A stretch of 64,000 nt of DNA from an uncultured Armatimonadetes bacterium (lineage in GTDB: Bacteria > Armatimonadota > UBA5829 > DTJY01): NCBI GenBank assembly GCA_963717145.1, contig OY970325.1:3010448-3074447 (forward strand). Reading direction: 5' to 3'. The translations under genes were made by a program, and so were the position numbers. The notes under the pieces are model-generated. The model made no database searches. It saw nothing but the letters and a program-made list of their open reading frames with translations, and had not been told where the DNA came from. Positions 42,945 through 50,897 of this stretch are shown piece by piece (the first letter of the stretch is position 1; every line of letters begins with the position of its first letter).

Positions 42945-44231
42945 TCATCCGGGCTCTGCTTGAACGTGAACTGTGCCCGTCACCCGCCCGCGGCAGACGG
43001 CGTCGATCCTGACACTGACAATCTCGCCGATCAGGTGCTCCTCGGCCTTGAACTCGACCCTCACGTAGTTGTCGGTGAGACCGCCGAACAGCCCTCCGTC
43101 CAGATGCTTGCCTTCAACCAGCACAGACGACACTGTACCGATTATACCACAAGCGAAATCGTCGGCCTGGCGCCCGGCCAGGCGGATGAGCGTCTTGCTG
43201 CGACGATCTTTCTCGGCGACTGATACATCGTCGGCGAGCTTCGATGCCGCGGTTCCGGGTCTCGCGGAGTATCGGAATACGTGCGCGCGCGAGAACCGGA
43301 TGCCCTCGACGAATGCACGGGAGGATTCGAACTCGTCGTCCGTCTCGCCCGGAAATCCAACCATTATATCTGTGGTGATGCCGATACCCGGGATGCAGGC
43401 CCGCACGTTTTCGACAAACGCGGCGAATTCCTCCGGCGTGTAGGGCCGGTTCATCCGCTTCAGGACGCCGGCGTCGCCACTCTGCAAGGGGAGGTGCAGG
43501 TGCCGGCAGACGCGCCGATCCTCCGCCATATACTCTATGAGGCCCTCGGGGATGTCAGTCAGCTCGATCGAACTGAGACGCACTCGCTCGATACCCGGAG
43601 TCTCGGCCGCCATGCGCACTATGTCCGTGAGGCTCGTCCCATCGTCGTCCGCGTATCGGCCGAGACGAATCCCGGCGAGCACGATCTCCTTGAACCCGCG
43701 CGAGGCAAGGTCGGCGATCTCAGGGCCAATCTCGGCGCTGGGTCGGCTGTGAAGCACCGGGCGCGCAAACGGTACGATGCAGTAGGAGCAGAACTGGTCG
43801 CAGCCGTCCTGGATCTTGACGGTCGCTCTCGTCCTGGCCGGTCGCATGTGTTCGCCCCGACCCGGATCGAGAGTCGCTGCCAGTTCGGGCGAGAGTCGGT
43901 CCAGGACGCGCGCCAGGATATCACCCTTGTCCCGGTTGCCGAGCGCCATGGACACACCTTCGAGCCCCTGAGCGGCATCCGGCGAGGTCTCCGCAAAGCA
44001 GCCGGCGAGCACCACGAGCGCCTCGGGGCTCCGATGCCACGCATTTCGTGCGGCGTGACGGGACTTGGCGTCGGCGGTACTCGTGACCGTGCAGCTATTA
44101 ATGATATAGACATCCGCCCGATCCGCGAAATCGACGACGTCGAAGCCGGCGCGGAGGAAAGCCTCGACCATCGTACGGGTCTCGTATTGGTTTACCTTGC
44201 AGCCGAGTGTGTGAAATGCGACTTTGGCCAA
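42945..44231 (-). CDS. mtaB: radical-SAM methylthiotransferase, MtaB/MiaB family
   Basis: 428 aa. N-terminal UPF0004 domain (VAFHTLGCKVNQYE), radical-SAM CDQFCSYC, and a C-terminal TRAM-like domain. Confidence 0.85.
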   Translation of the reverse strand: MAKVAFHTLGCKVNQYETRTMVEAFLRAGFDVVDFADRADVYIINSCTVTSTADAKSRHAARNAWHRSPEALVVLAGCFAETSPDAAQGLEGVSMALGNRDKGDILARVLDRLSPELAATLDPGRGEHMRPARTRATVKIQDGCDQFCSYCIVPFARPVLHSRPSAEIGPEIADLASRGFKEIVLAGIRLGRYADDDGTSLTDIVRMAAETPGIERVRLSSIELTDIPEGLIEYMAEDRRVCRHLHLPLQSGDAGVLKRMNRPYTPEEFAAFVENVRACIPGIGITTDIMVGFPGETDDEFESSRAFVEGIRFSRAHVFRYSARPGTAASKLADDVSVAEKDRRSKTLIRLAGRQADDFACGIIGTVSSVLVEGKHLDGGLFGGLTDNYVRVEFKAEEHLIGEIVSVRIDAVCRGRVTGTVHVQAEPG

Positions 44232-44328
44232 ACGTATCCTCGCCCTTCTTGCGTCACGTCGGGGCTCTCATGCTACCAGACCGCCTCTCTCCTGTCAACG
44301 CAGATCGCGGTGGGGTGCATTTCCGCAG

Positions 44329-44461
44329 AGTGGGTCAGCCTCTCGTTATGCCACCAGAGTGGCTACTCGAGGAGAACGGTTGTGGTCTGCCGTGAGTCCA
44401 TGGCCCACAACCGTTCTCCTCGAGTAGCCACTCTGGTGGCATAACGAGAGGCTGACCCACT
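44329..44461. repeat. very long perfect hairpin (about 57-bp stem, about 18-nt loop)
   Basis: AGTGGGTCAGCCTCTCGTTATGCCACCAGAGTGGCTACTCGAGGAGAACGGTTGTGG ... CCACAACCGTTCTCCTCGAGTAGCCACTCTGGTGGCATAACGAGAGGCTGACCCACT. Confidence 0.9.
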
Positions 44462-44483
44462 GAACTCGAATGCGCCCATCGCG

Positions 44484-44548
44484 GTGTTCGGGCGGGTACA
44501 AACTCCGGATGCGGTGGCCGTTCCCGGAGTTTGTACCCGCCCGAACAC
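44484..44548. repeat. hairpin (25-bp stem)
   Basis: GTGTTCGGGCGGGTACAAACTCCGG-N15-CCGGAGTTTGTACCCGCCCGAACAC. Confidence 0.9.
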
Positions 44549-44690
44549 CCAGTTGGGAGTTTCTTTCTGGCGGCAACAACTGCGAGACAGGCACAGTACC
44601 CTGCTCAGAATGGCAATCTGCGGCTCCCCGTTCACGGTTTCGAAGACGTTTCGTCACCAGAAAGAAGAATTTTCGCGGAAGTGACGCGAG

Positions 44691-44706
44691 TGGCACGGTT
44701 TTTGCA
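44691..44706 (+). promoter_or_regulatory. sigma54 promoter P1 (exact consensus)
   Basis: TGGCACGGTTTTTGCA equals TGGCACG-N4-TTGCA at every defined position. It is 309 nt upstream of the PEP-CTERM gene ATG. Confidence 0.65.
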
Positions 44707-44821
44707 CTATGCACCACTGACCCTGAATCGAGGGGGCCCGCAGTTCGATCTTTGCAAACTCATGCCGAGGAGACCGCGAAAGTACTGGGATCAGAAATAT
44801 TTCTCAGCCGACCGGTCTGAT

Positions 44822-44837
44822 TGGCATGGTTCTTGCA
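44822..44837 (+). promoter_or_regulatory. sigma54 promoter P2
   Basis: TGGCATGGTTCTTGCA has one deviation (C6 to T) from the consensus and correct -24 GG / -12 GC spacing. It is 178 nt upstream of ATG 45015. Confidence 0.6.
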
Positions 44838-45014
44838 AGTATGGACAGTGGGAACGCGGACGAGGCAAGCCGCCGCTGCCGAAGGGAAACCGGAAAGCAG
44901 CAGGACCGTCCAACCCATGATTCGTTTTCAATCTGCGATGCAAGTGCCTGGTACCCAAACGGCGGCCGGGTGAGCGCGCCAGATCGCTAAACTATCCGAA
45001 AGGAGCATCAGACA

Positions 45015-45794
45015 ATGCGAAAGGTTCTAACATTTGCACTAGCCGCTCTCATGGTAGTGGCGATCGCGGGCGCTTCGAGCGCCGCAGCCCCGAATCCTCT
45101 TAACTGGAGGTTCAACTTCATCACCGACAACGGCGCAGGCTTATTCGCGGCCAGCAACTTCCAGCTCGGCGTCTCCCCGACCTCGGTGGATGGACCCGAT
45201 ACGATCTTGCCTCTCCAGGACCTGAAGGCCAGTTTCGGAACCGACCTTCCCGGGACCGGTCACTGGACAGTCAGCCTTGTTCCCGGTGACACAACGAACC
45301 TGTATCTGCACGACCTGCAGTCGAACGCTTCGCCGTACACCTATACGGAACCCAGGAACACCAAGCTGTGGAATCTGCGGGTCGCAGGGAATTCAAGTGC
45401 TACGGGCGCTCTGCACTTGTCGTTCACCACCACGGGCTTGACGCAGCCGTCGGTCGATCAGGACGGAAAGCCGGTCTTCTACGAGATGCGGATGATCAAC
45501 AACCGAGGTATGGCAGGCGCGCCGACCAACGGCACCATCTGGAACATCCCGATCCCGGCCTCCGGCACGGCATCAAACGTGAAGTTCTGGGACATGGCGG
45601 TCAACGCCGATACCAACGGTACCGTATGGGGCAACATGCCGCTCATCAACGTAAGCGTTCCGAACTACGCCAGCTTCCGTGACGAGGGTTACGAGATGCA
45701 GTTCCGAATGGTCCCTGAGCCGAGCAGCATGCTCGCAATGGGCAGCGGTCTCATCGGACTGATCGGAGTCGCGATCCGCAGACGGAGAGCGTAA
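45015..45794 (+). CDS. PEP-CTERM sorting-domain secreted protein
   Basis: Signal peptide MRKVLTFALAALMVVAIAGASSAAA. C-terminal VPEPSSMLAMGSGLIGLIGVAIRRRRA gives PEP + TM helix + Arg cluster. AAAGGAG RBS. Confidence 0.85.
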   Translation: MRKVLTFALAALMVVAIAGASSAAAPNPLNWRFNFITDNGAGLFAASNFQLGVSPTSVDGPDTILPLQDLKASFGTDLPGTGHWTVSLVPGDTTNLYLHDLQSNASPYTYTEPRNTKLWNLRVAGNSSATGALHLSFTTTGLTQPSVDQDGKPVFYEMRMINNRGMAGAPTNGTIWNIPIPASGTASNVKFWDMAVNADTNGTVWGNMPLINVSVPNYASFRDEGYEMQFRMVPEPSSMLAMGSGLIGLIGVAIRRRRA

Positions 45795-45906
45795 CCAAAG
45801 TAAGGGAAGAGCTTTCGACCCGACTTGACAGAAGGTGTGCTGTAAGGCCGCCGGGTCAGCGAAACAAGAAAAACGCTAATCTTCCTGAAGCACACCATCA
45901 AGCAAG

Positions 45907-45942
45907 AACCGCCCGGTTGACGAACCGGGCGGTTTTCTTTTT
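45907..45942 (+). terminator. Rho-independent terminator
   Basis: AACCGCCCGGTT-GACG-AACCGGGCGGTT followed by TTCTTTTT, 113 nt downstream of the PEP-CTERM gene stop. Confidence 0.8.
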
Positions 45943-45944
45943 GC

Positions 45945-46122
45945 GGAATGGTTGATGGTTGATGGTTGATGGTTCATGGGGGGATGGGGAAGGGAATGGT
46001 TGATGGTTCATGGTTAATGGGGGAATGGGGAATGGTTGATGGTCGATGGTTAATGGTAGATGGGGTATCCGGCCCCCATCAACCATGAACCATCAACCAT
46101 CAACCATTCCCCATTCCCCCCC
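45945..46122. repeat. repeat family E: array of GGTTGATGG-type 9-mers folding into a ~47-bp imperfect hairpin
   Basis: Left arm 46019-46065 pairs with right arm 46074-46120 (3 mismatches). Extra direct copies lie at 45945-46018. The last 7 codons of the epimerase gene (GGMGNG*) lie inside it. Confidence 0.85.
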
Positions 46123-47050
46123 GGAGCCAGGCGAACTCGCGGGCGAGGCCCTCTTCGACGGGGACCTGGGTGTAGTAGCCCAGGATCTCGTGAGCGGCGC
46201 TGGTGTCGGAGAGGGTGTGCCGAACGTCGCCCTTCTGGTCCTCGATGTGACGAATCTTCAACTCACCGCCGGCGAGATCGCGCAGGACGTCGAGCACGTG
46301 AGTCACGGTGACCCGCGAGCCTCCACCTACGTTGAAGACCATGCCGGCAGCGCCATCAGTCTGGGCCGCCAGGAGATTGGCGTTGCAGATATCGGCTATG
46401 AAGGTGAAATCGCGGGTCTGCTCGCCGTCGCCGTGGACGACGATCTCTTCCCCTCGGAGCGCGGCTCGGATGAACTTGTTGAACGCCATGTCCGGGCGCT
46501 GCCTCGGTCCGTAGACCGTAAAGTACCGGAGCGAGACGCATGGCACGCCGTAGTTCACGTGGTAGAGGTAGCACAGGTGCTCGGCCGCCAGCTTCGTGAC
46601 GCCATAGGGCGAGACCGGCATCGGCCTGGCGGATTCCCTCAACGGAAGCTCTGGAGTGTCGCCGTAGACGGACGATGACGATGCGTATACAAGCCGCTTG
46701 ATCTGTGAACCCTTGGCGGATTCGAGGAGCTTCTGGGTCAACTGCACGTTGTTTCGCACGTAGACATCGAAGCTCGTGCCCCAACTGGCGCGGACACCCG
46801 CCTGAGCCGCCTCGTGGAACACCCAGTCCACTCCCCGCAGGAGTGCGTCGAGGTCCATCGCAAGCAGATCGTCCTCCAGAAACGTGTACCGAGGATTCGC
46901 AAGCGCCTGGGCGATGTTGGCTTCCTTGATCTCGCGGGGATAGTAGTCGGTGAAGCAGTCTACGCCGATGACGTCATGGCCCTGACTGAGCAGCAGGTCC
47001 GCGAGTGAGGATCCGATGAACCCGGCCGCGCCGGTGATGAGACATTTCAT
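46100..47050 (-). CDS. NAD-dependent sugar-nucleotide epimerase/dehydratase (SDR family)
   Basis: 316 aa. MKCLITGAAGFIGSSL, YGVTKLAAE (YxxxK), RYFTVYGPRQRPDMA. Confidence 0.85.
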   Translation of the reverse strand: MKCLITGAAGFIGSSLADLLLSQGHDVIGVDCFTDYYPREIKEANIAQALANPRYTFLEDDLLAMDLDALLRGVDWVFHEAAQAGVRASWGTSFDVYVRNNVQLTQKLLESAKGSQIKRLVYASSSSVYGDTPELPLRESARPMPVSPYGVTKLAAEHLCYLYHVNYGVPCVSLRYFTVYGPRQRPDMAFNKFIRAALRGEEIVVHGDGEQTRDFTFIADICNANLLAAQTDGAAGMVFNVGGGSRVTVTHVLDVLRDLAGGELKIRHIEDQKGDVRHTLSDTSAAHEILGYYTQVPVEEGLAREFAWLRGGMGNG

Positions 47051-47147
47051 GGTGTCAGACCTCTGACAAAACCGGGGGCATCGGCTAGTGTTGTGCTGAA
47101 CCGTGCCCCCGAAGATAAAACTGGATCCGAGATGTGGAACGGTCGGT

Positions 47148-47285
47148 CTACTTGCCGATCCGGAACATCTTGGTGCCGCAGCTCGGGCAAGTTCCCGTCG
47201 TTGCCGGCTTCTGGTTCTTCATCGTTGTCTTCGTCGGGTTCTTCATTTCCTTCTTTGACTTGCACTTAACGCAGTAGGCTTCCAT
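47148..47285 (-). CDS. small zinc-ribbon protein resembling the DUF5679 family (45 aa)
   Basis: Not in the ORF track (under 60 aa). MEAYCVKCKSKKEMKNPTKTTMKNQKPATTGTCPSCGTKMFRIGK*, with GGAGGTG 6-7 nt upstream. Track ORF 47047..47265 is in another frame and is rejected. Confidence 0.7.
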   Translation of the reverse strand: MEAYCVKCKSKKEMKNPTKTTMKNQKPATTGTCPSCGTKMFRIGK

Positions 47286-47450
47286 TCAGTTCACCTCCTT
47301 CGCTTTCGGGTTTTGATAGCCGGGTGCTTCGCTCACGGCCGAACGGCGGCCGTTGCGCACCAACCAGGCGCAGAATCTGTATTCGCAGACGTATTCTACG
47401 CTGGATCCACGATTTCCTCCTCGTGGCCCCGATATTGTTGAGAAGGGATT

Positions 47451-48455
47451 TCACGCGATGTGCTGCAGGGACTCGAGCTGACCCGGAGTGCCGACCACGA
47501 TCAGCACGTCGCCCTCCCTGATCTCGATGTCCGGCGCCGGACTCGTGGTGAGCGCGCCTCCCCTGCTTCGGATGGCGATCACGGTGGCGCCTGACTTCTC
47601 CCGGATGCCCGACTCGCGCAGTTTCTTCCCAACGAGTTCGGAATCGTGCGTGACCGTCACCTCGCCGATCTCCAGTTCGAGGCTCTCGCTGTACACCGCC
47701 GTCTCGAGGAAATCGACGACGTTCGGTCGGAGAACCGCCCATGCCATTCGCTTGCCGCCGAGGATATACGGCGACATCACTCGATCCGCGCCGGCGCGTC
47801 GGAGTTTCGGCTCGTCCTCCGCCTTGATCGACCGCGCCACGACGAACAGGTTCGGATTGAGTCCTTTGGCGGTCAGAGTGATGAACGTGTTGTCCGCATC
47901 GGTAGGAGCGACGGAGATCAGACCCTTGGCTCGTTCGACGCCGGCCGCGATCAGAGCGCTCTCCTCGGTGGCATCTGCTTCGATGAAGATCGCCTTCTCC
48001 GACAGCAGTCTGGGCAACTGCACCGGGTTATTCTCCACGACGACGAAGGGAACGTTGCGGGATCGGAACTCGGTGGCGATGGCCTGGCCCATTCGTCCGT
48101 AGCCGCAGATGATGTAGTGATCCCTGATTCCTTTGATGGCCTTATCCATGCGTCTCCTCCAGAACAGATGCTGTGTCCTGTCGCTGGTCGCGAGTGCGAT
48201 CGCATTTGTGATATTCCAGAACACCACGGTGAATATCGTGCCGACTCCGGCAAGCGCGAGGACGATCGTGAATATCATGCCGGCGGGTGAAAGCGGCTTG
48301 ACCTCTCTGTACCCCACGGTGGTCAGGGTGATGACGGTCATGTAGAGGGCGTCGAGGAACGACATCTGTTCGATGACGATGTAGCCAACCGTGCCGAGAC
48401 CGATGAGCGCTATGACGACCAGAGCCGCGAATCTGAGATGTCGATACGATTCCAT
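47451..48455 (-). CDS. potassium channel family protein with RCK (TrkA-N/TrkA-C) domains
   Basis: 334 aa. Two TM helices plus the pore ITLTTVGYRE (an atypical filter). A Rossmann-type RCK domain HYIICGYGRMG and a TrkA-C domain follow. Confidence 0.85.
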   Translation of the reverse strand: MESYRHLRFAALVVIALIGLGTVGYIVIEQMSFLDALYMTVITLTTVGYREVKPLSPAGMIFTIVLALAGVGTIFTVVFWNITNAIALATSDRTQHLFWRRRMDKAIKGIRDHYIICGYGRMGQAIATEFRSRNVPFVVVENNPVQLPRLLSEKAIFIEADATEESALIAAGVERAKGLISVAPTDADNTFITLTAKGLNPNLFVVARSIKAEDEPKLRRAGADRVMSPYILGGKRMAWAVLRPNVVDFLETAVYSESLELEIGEVTVTHDSELVGKKLRESGIREKSGATVIAIRSRGGALTTSPAPDIEIREGDVLIVVGTPGQLESLQHIA

Positions 48456-48524
48456 GTCACCTTCCAGGCGATCCGGACTAGCTTCCTATTACACCCGATG
48501 AGCGGGTAGTCCTGCTGGTCAGGT

Positions 48525-48629
48525 GATCGTAATGTAGGGGCGTGCCTTGTGCCGCCCGCAACCGGCGTGCCTTGTGCCGCCAGACACGCCGGTTGCGGGC
48601 GGCACAAGGCACGCCCCTACATTACGATC
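48525..48629. repeat. GTAGGGGCG-headed long hairpin (about 45-bp arms)
   Basis: GATCGTAATGTAGGGGCGTGCCTTGTGCCGCCCGCAACCGGCGTG ... CACGCCGGTTGCGGGCGGCACAAGGCACGCCCCTACATTACGATC. Confidence 0.9.
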
Positions 48630-49617
48630 ACGCCAGCGGTTGGCTCGCGATGGTATCGAGGTCGAGGCCGTCGATATCGCCGCGCAGGACGTGATGGTAG
48701 CCCGCGCAGGCGATCATGGCCGCGTTGTCGGTGCAGAGTCGCGGGGGAGGATAGGAGAGTTCGATCCCGCGACTGTCGCACACTTCCTGCATCGAACGCT
48801 TGAGGCCCGAGTTCGCCGCGACGCCCCCGCCGAGCGCAACTCGCTCGATGCCGGTCTGCTCGACGGCCCGCATCGTGGTGCTCACCAGCATCTCCACAAC
48901 TGCGGCCTGGAAGCTCGCGGCGAGGTCCTCGATCGGGACCTCGCCTCCGTGAGCCTGGAAGTGCCTGACGACGGCGGTCTTGATCCCACTGAAGCTGAAG
49001 TCGAGCCCATCGACCTTGGAGCGGGGGAAGCGCACTGCCTCCGGGTTCCCATCCTTCGCAAGTGAATCGATGATAGGGCCGCCGGGATATCCGAGTCCCA
49101 TCGCGCGCGCGGACTTGTCGAACGCCTCACCCGACGCGTCGTCCCTCGTGCGACCGAGAATCCTGTACTCACCGTGTCCGCTCACCAGCACGAGGTCCGT
49201 GTGGCCGCCGGAGACGATCAGGCAGACGAACGGGAACTGCAGGCCGGGATTCGCCAGGAAGTTGGCATAGATGTGGCCTTCGAGGTGATGGACTCCGACG
49301 AGCGGGAGGTTCAACGCGGCCGAAATCGCCTTCGCCGCCGAGACACCGACGAGGAGCGCTCCGAGCAGGCCGGGACGATTGGTGACGGCGATCGCATCGA
49401 CGTCCCTGAGCGTGAGATCGGCCTTATCGAGCGCCTCCCGGATCACGATGTTGATCAGCTCGACGTGCTTGCGAGAGGCGATTTCCGGCACGATCCCGCC
49501 GAAACGGGCATGGAGATCGATCTGAGATGCTATGACATCGGAGAGTATCTTGCAGCCGTCTTCAACGATTGAGGAGGATGTGTCGTCGCAGCTTGTCTCG
49601 ATGCCGAGAACTCTCAT
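48628..49617 (-). CDS. tsaD: tRNA N6-adenosine threonylcarbamoyltransferase TsaD
   Basis: MRVLGIETSCDDTS..., HLEGHIYANF and SGGHT motifs. ATG 49617 overlaps the rimI stop (ATGA). The track start is 49692. Confidence 0.9.
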   Translation of the reverse strand: MRVLGIETSCDDTSSSIVEDGCKILSDVIASQIDLHARFGGIVPEIASRKHVELINIVIREALDKADLTLRDVDAIAVTNRPGLLGALLVGVSAAKAISAALNLPLVGVHHLEGHIYANFLANPGLQFPFVCLIVSGGHTDLVLVSGHGEYRILGRTRDDASGEAFDKSARAMGLGYPGGPIIDSLAKDGNPEAVRFPRSKVDGLDFSFSGIKTAVVRHFQAHGGEVPIEDLAASFQAAVVEMLVSTTMRAVEQTGIERVALGGGVAANSGLKRSMQEVCDSRGIELSYPPPRLCTDNAAMIACAGYHHVLRGDIDGLDLDTIASQPLA

Positions 49618-50147
49618 TGCTCGACCGCGAGCCGTTCCTTGTGCTGCCGGAACAGGCGAAGGAACTCGGCGCTCCACATGTCGTCCACCCACATGACGAA
49701 AGCGTCCTCTTCATTGTCGGTGTAGTACCCCTTGCGGATGGCGACAGTGTGGAAGTTGTACTTGTGGTAGAGGTTCTGCGCGATCGAATTGGTGCGCCGG
49801 ACTTCGAGGGTGGCTCTCCGCGCGCCGCGGTGGACTGCTTCGTCGAGGAGGTCGATGAGGATGCGCTCGCCGATCTTCCGTCCCCTGAACTCCGGATCGA
49901 CGCCGACCGTCGTGATGTGGGCCTCGTCCATGATGAGCCACATGCCGGCGTATCCGACGATCCGGCCTCCCGAGCGGGCGACGATGTAGTATGCAGAAGG
50001 ATTGCGGACCTCTGTGTTGTAAGCGCCGGCCGACCAGGGCAGAGGGAAGCATTGCTGATCGAGTTCGGCGACACGCTCGACATCCTCGGGCTGCATGCGT
50101 TCGATAGCTATGAAAACGTGGTCTGTTACCGGCTTCTTAATCGCCAT
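49614..50147 (-). CDS. rimI: ribosomal-protein-alanine N-acetyltransferase RimI (GNAT)
   Basis: 177 aa. GNAT motif A VDPEFRGRKIGERIL. The adjacency to tsaD is the usual rimI-tsaD pairing. Confidence 0.8.
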   Translation of the reverse strand: MAIKKPVTDHVFIAIERMQPEDVERVAELDQQCFPLPWSAGAYNTEVRNPSAYYIVARSGGRIVGYAGMWLIMDEAHITTVGVDPEFRGRKIGERILIDLLDEAVHRGARRATLEVRRTNSIAQNLYHKYNFHTVAIRKGYYTDNEEDAFVMWVDDMWSAEFLRLFRQHKERLAVEQ

Positions 50148-50203
50148 CCCAGGGCTCCTCGCCGCAGTCTAGCATACCGAATCTGAGGGTGTCAAACGGC
50201 GGG

Positions 50204-50288
50204 GGGAGACATTAGACATGAGACTCTAGACCCTAGACCTTGGGAGGTCCGTAGCCAAAGTCTAATGTCTTAGGTCTAAGGTCTCCCC
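50204..50288. repeat. imperfect palindrome built from TAGAC/GTCTA units
   Basis: GGGGAGACATTAGACATGAGACTCTAGACCCTAGACC ... GTCTAATGTCTTAGGTCTAAGGTCTCCCC. Confidence 0.6.
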
Positions 50289-50327
50289 GTCACAGAGTAC
50301 CCTCGGGCCGTCTGCGGGAAACGCGGA

Positions 50328-50897
50328 CTAGCCGAGGGTGAAGGAGAACGTCTCTCGCTTGCGGTAGTTCCTCGGGATGCCGCCCTGGACCGCCGGCTTG
50401 TACTTCCGACCGCTCACGCAGTCGGTCGCGGCGCGGTCGAGGTCCGAGTTGCCTGATGCACTGCTGACCTTGACGCCGACGACTTTGCCCTCGGTGTCGA
50501 TCGTGTACTCGACGGAAACTGTGCCCTCGATCCCCTTCCGTTTCGCGGACTCGGGATACTTCGGGCTCTTCGGGCCGCTGACCAGTTCCGGAACGGACCT
50601 GTCGGCGAGCGTGGAGACGAACTTGGGCTTGCAGACGGTACACTTGGAGTCGGGCTGCCTGCCCGGACGATACGACTTCACGACCGTGTGATCGCAATTG
50701 GCGCACGGAAGCATGCCCGAGTCGGTGCAGACTCGCACATCGACGTCCGCCGGCGGAGGTGGTGGTGGCGGTGGAGGTGGTGGTGGAGCGGGTCCTTGCC
50801 GGGACCGGGTGCCGCATTCTTGACGGGCTCGGGCTTGCCGACACCCTCGCCGCTGCCCGATCCGGAACCCTTGCCGCCGGGACTGCCCGGGACCCAT
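50328..50897 (-). CDS. tonB: TonB C-terminal part (poly-Pro, Cys4 insert, TonB_C domain); continuation of 50678..51376
   Basis: True coding runs from about 50791: APPPPPPPPPPPPADVDV..., then CANC...CTVC, then the TonB_C-like YPESAKRKGIEGTVSVEYTIDTEGKV. Confidence 0.75.
   Translation of the reverse strand: MGPGQSRRQGFRIGQRRGCRQARARQECGTRSRQGPAPPPPPPPPPPPPADVDVRVCTDSGMLPCANCDHTVVKSYRPGRQPDSKCTVCKPKFVSTLADRSVPELVSGPKSPKYPESAKRKGIEGTVSVEYTIDTEGKVVGVKVSSASGNSDLDRAATDCVSGRKYKPAVQGGIPRNYRKRETFSFTLG

Noticed and set aside
47047-47265. The 72-aa ORF MQVKEGNEEPDEDNDEE...
   Set aside because: It is in the wrong frame relative to a 45-aa zinc-ribbon ORF that has a strong RBS and a recognisable conserved pattern on the same strand.
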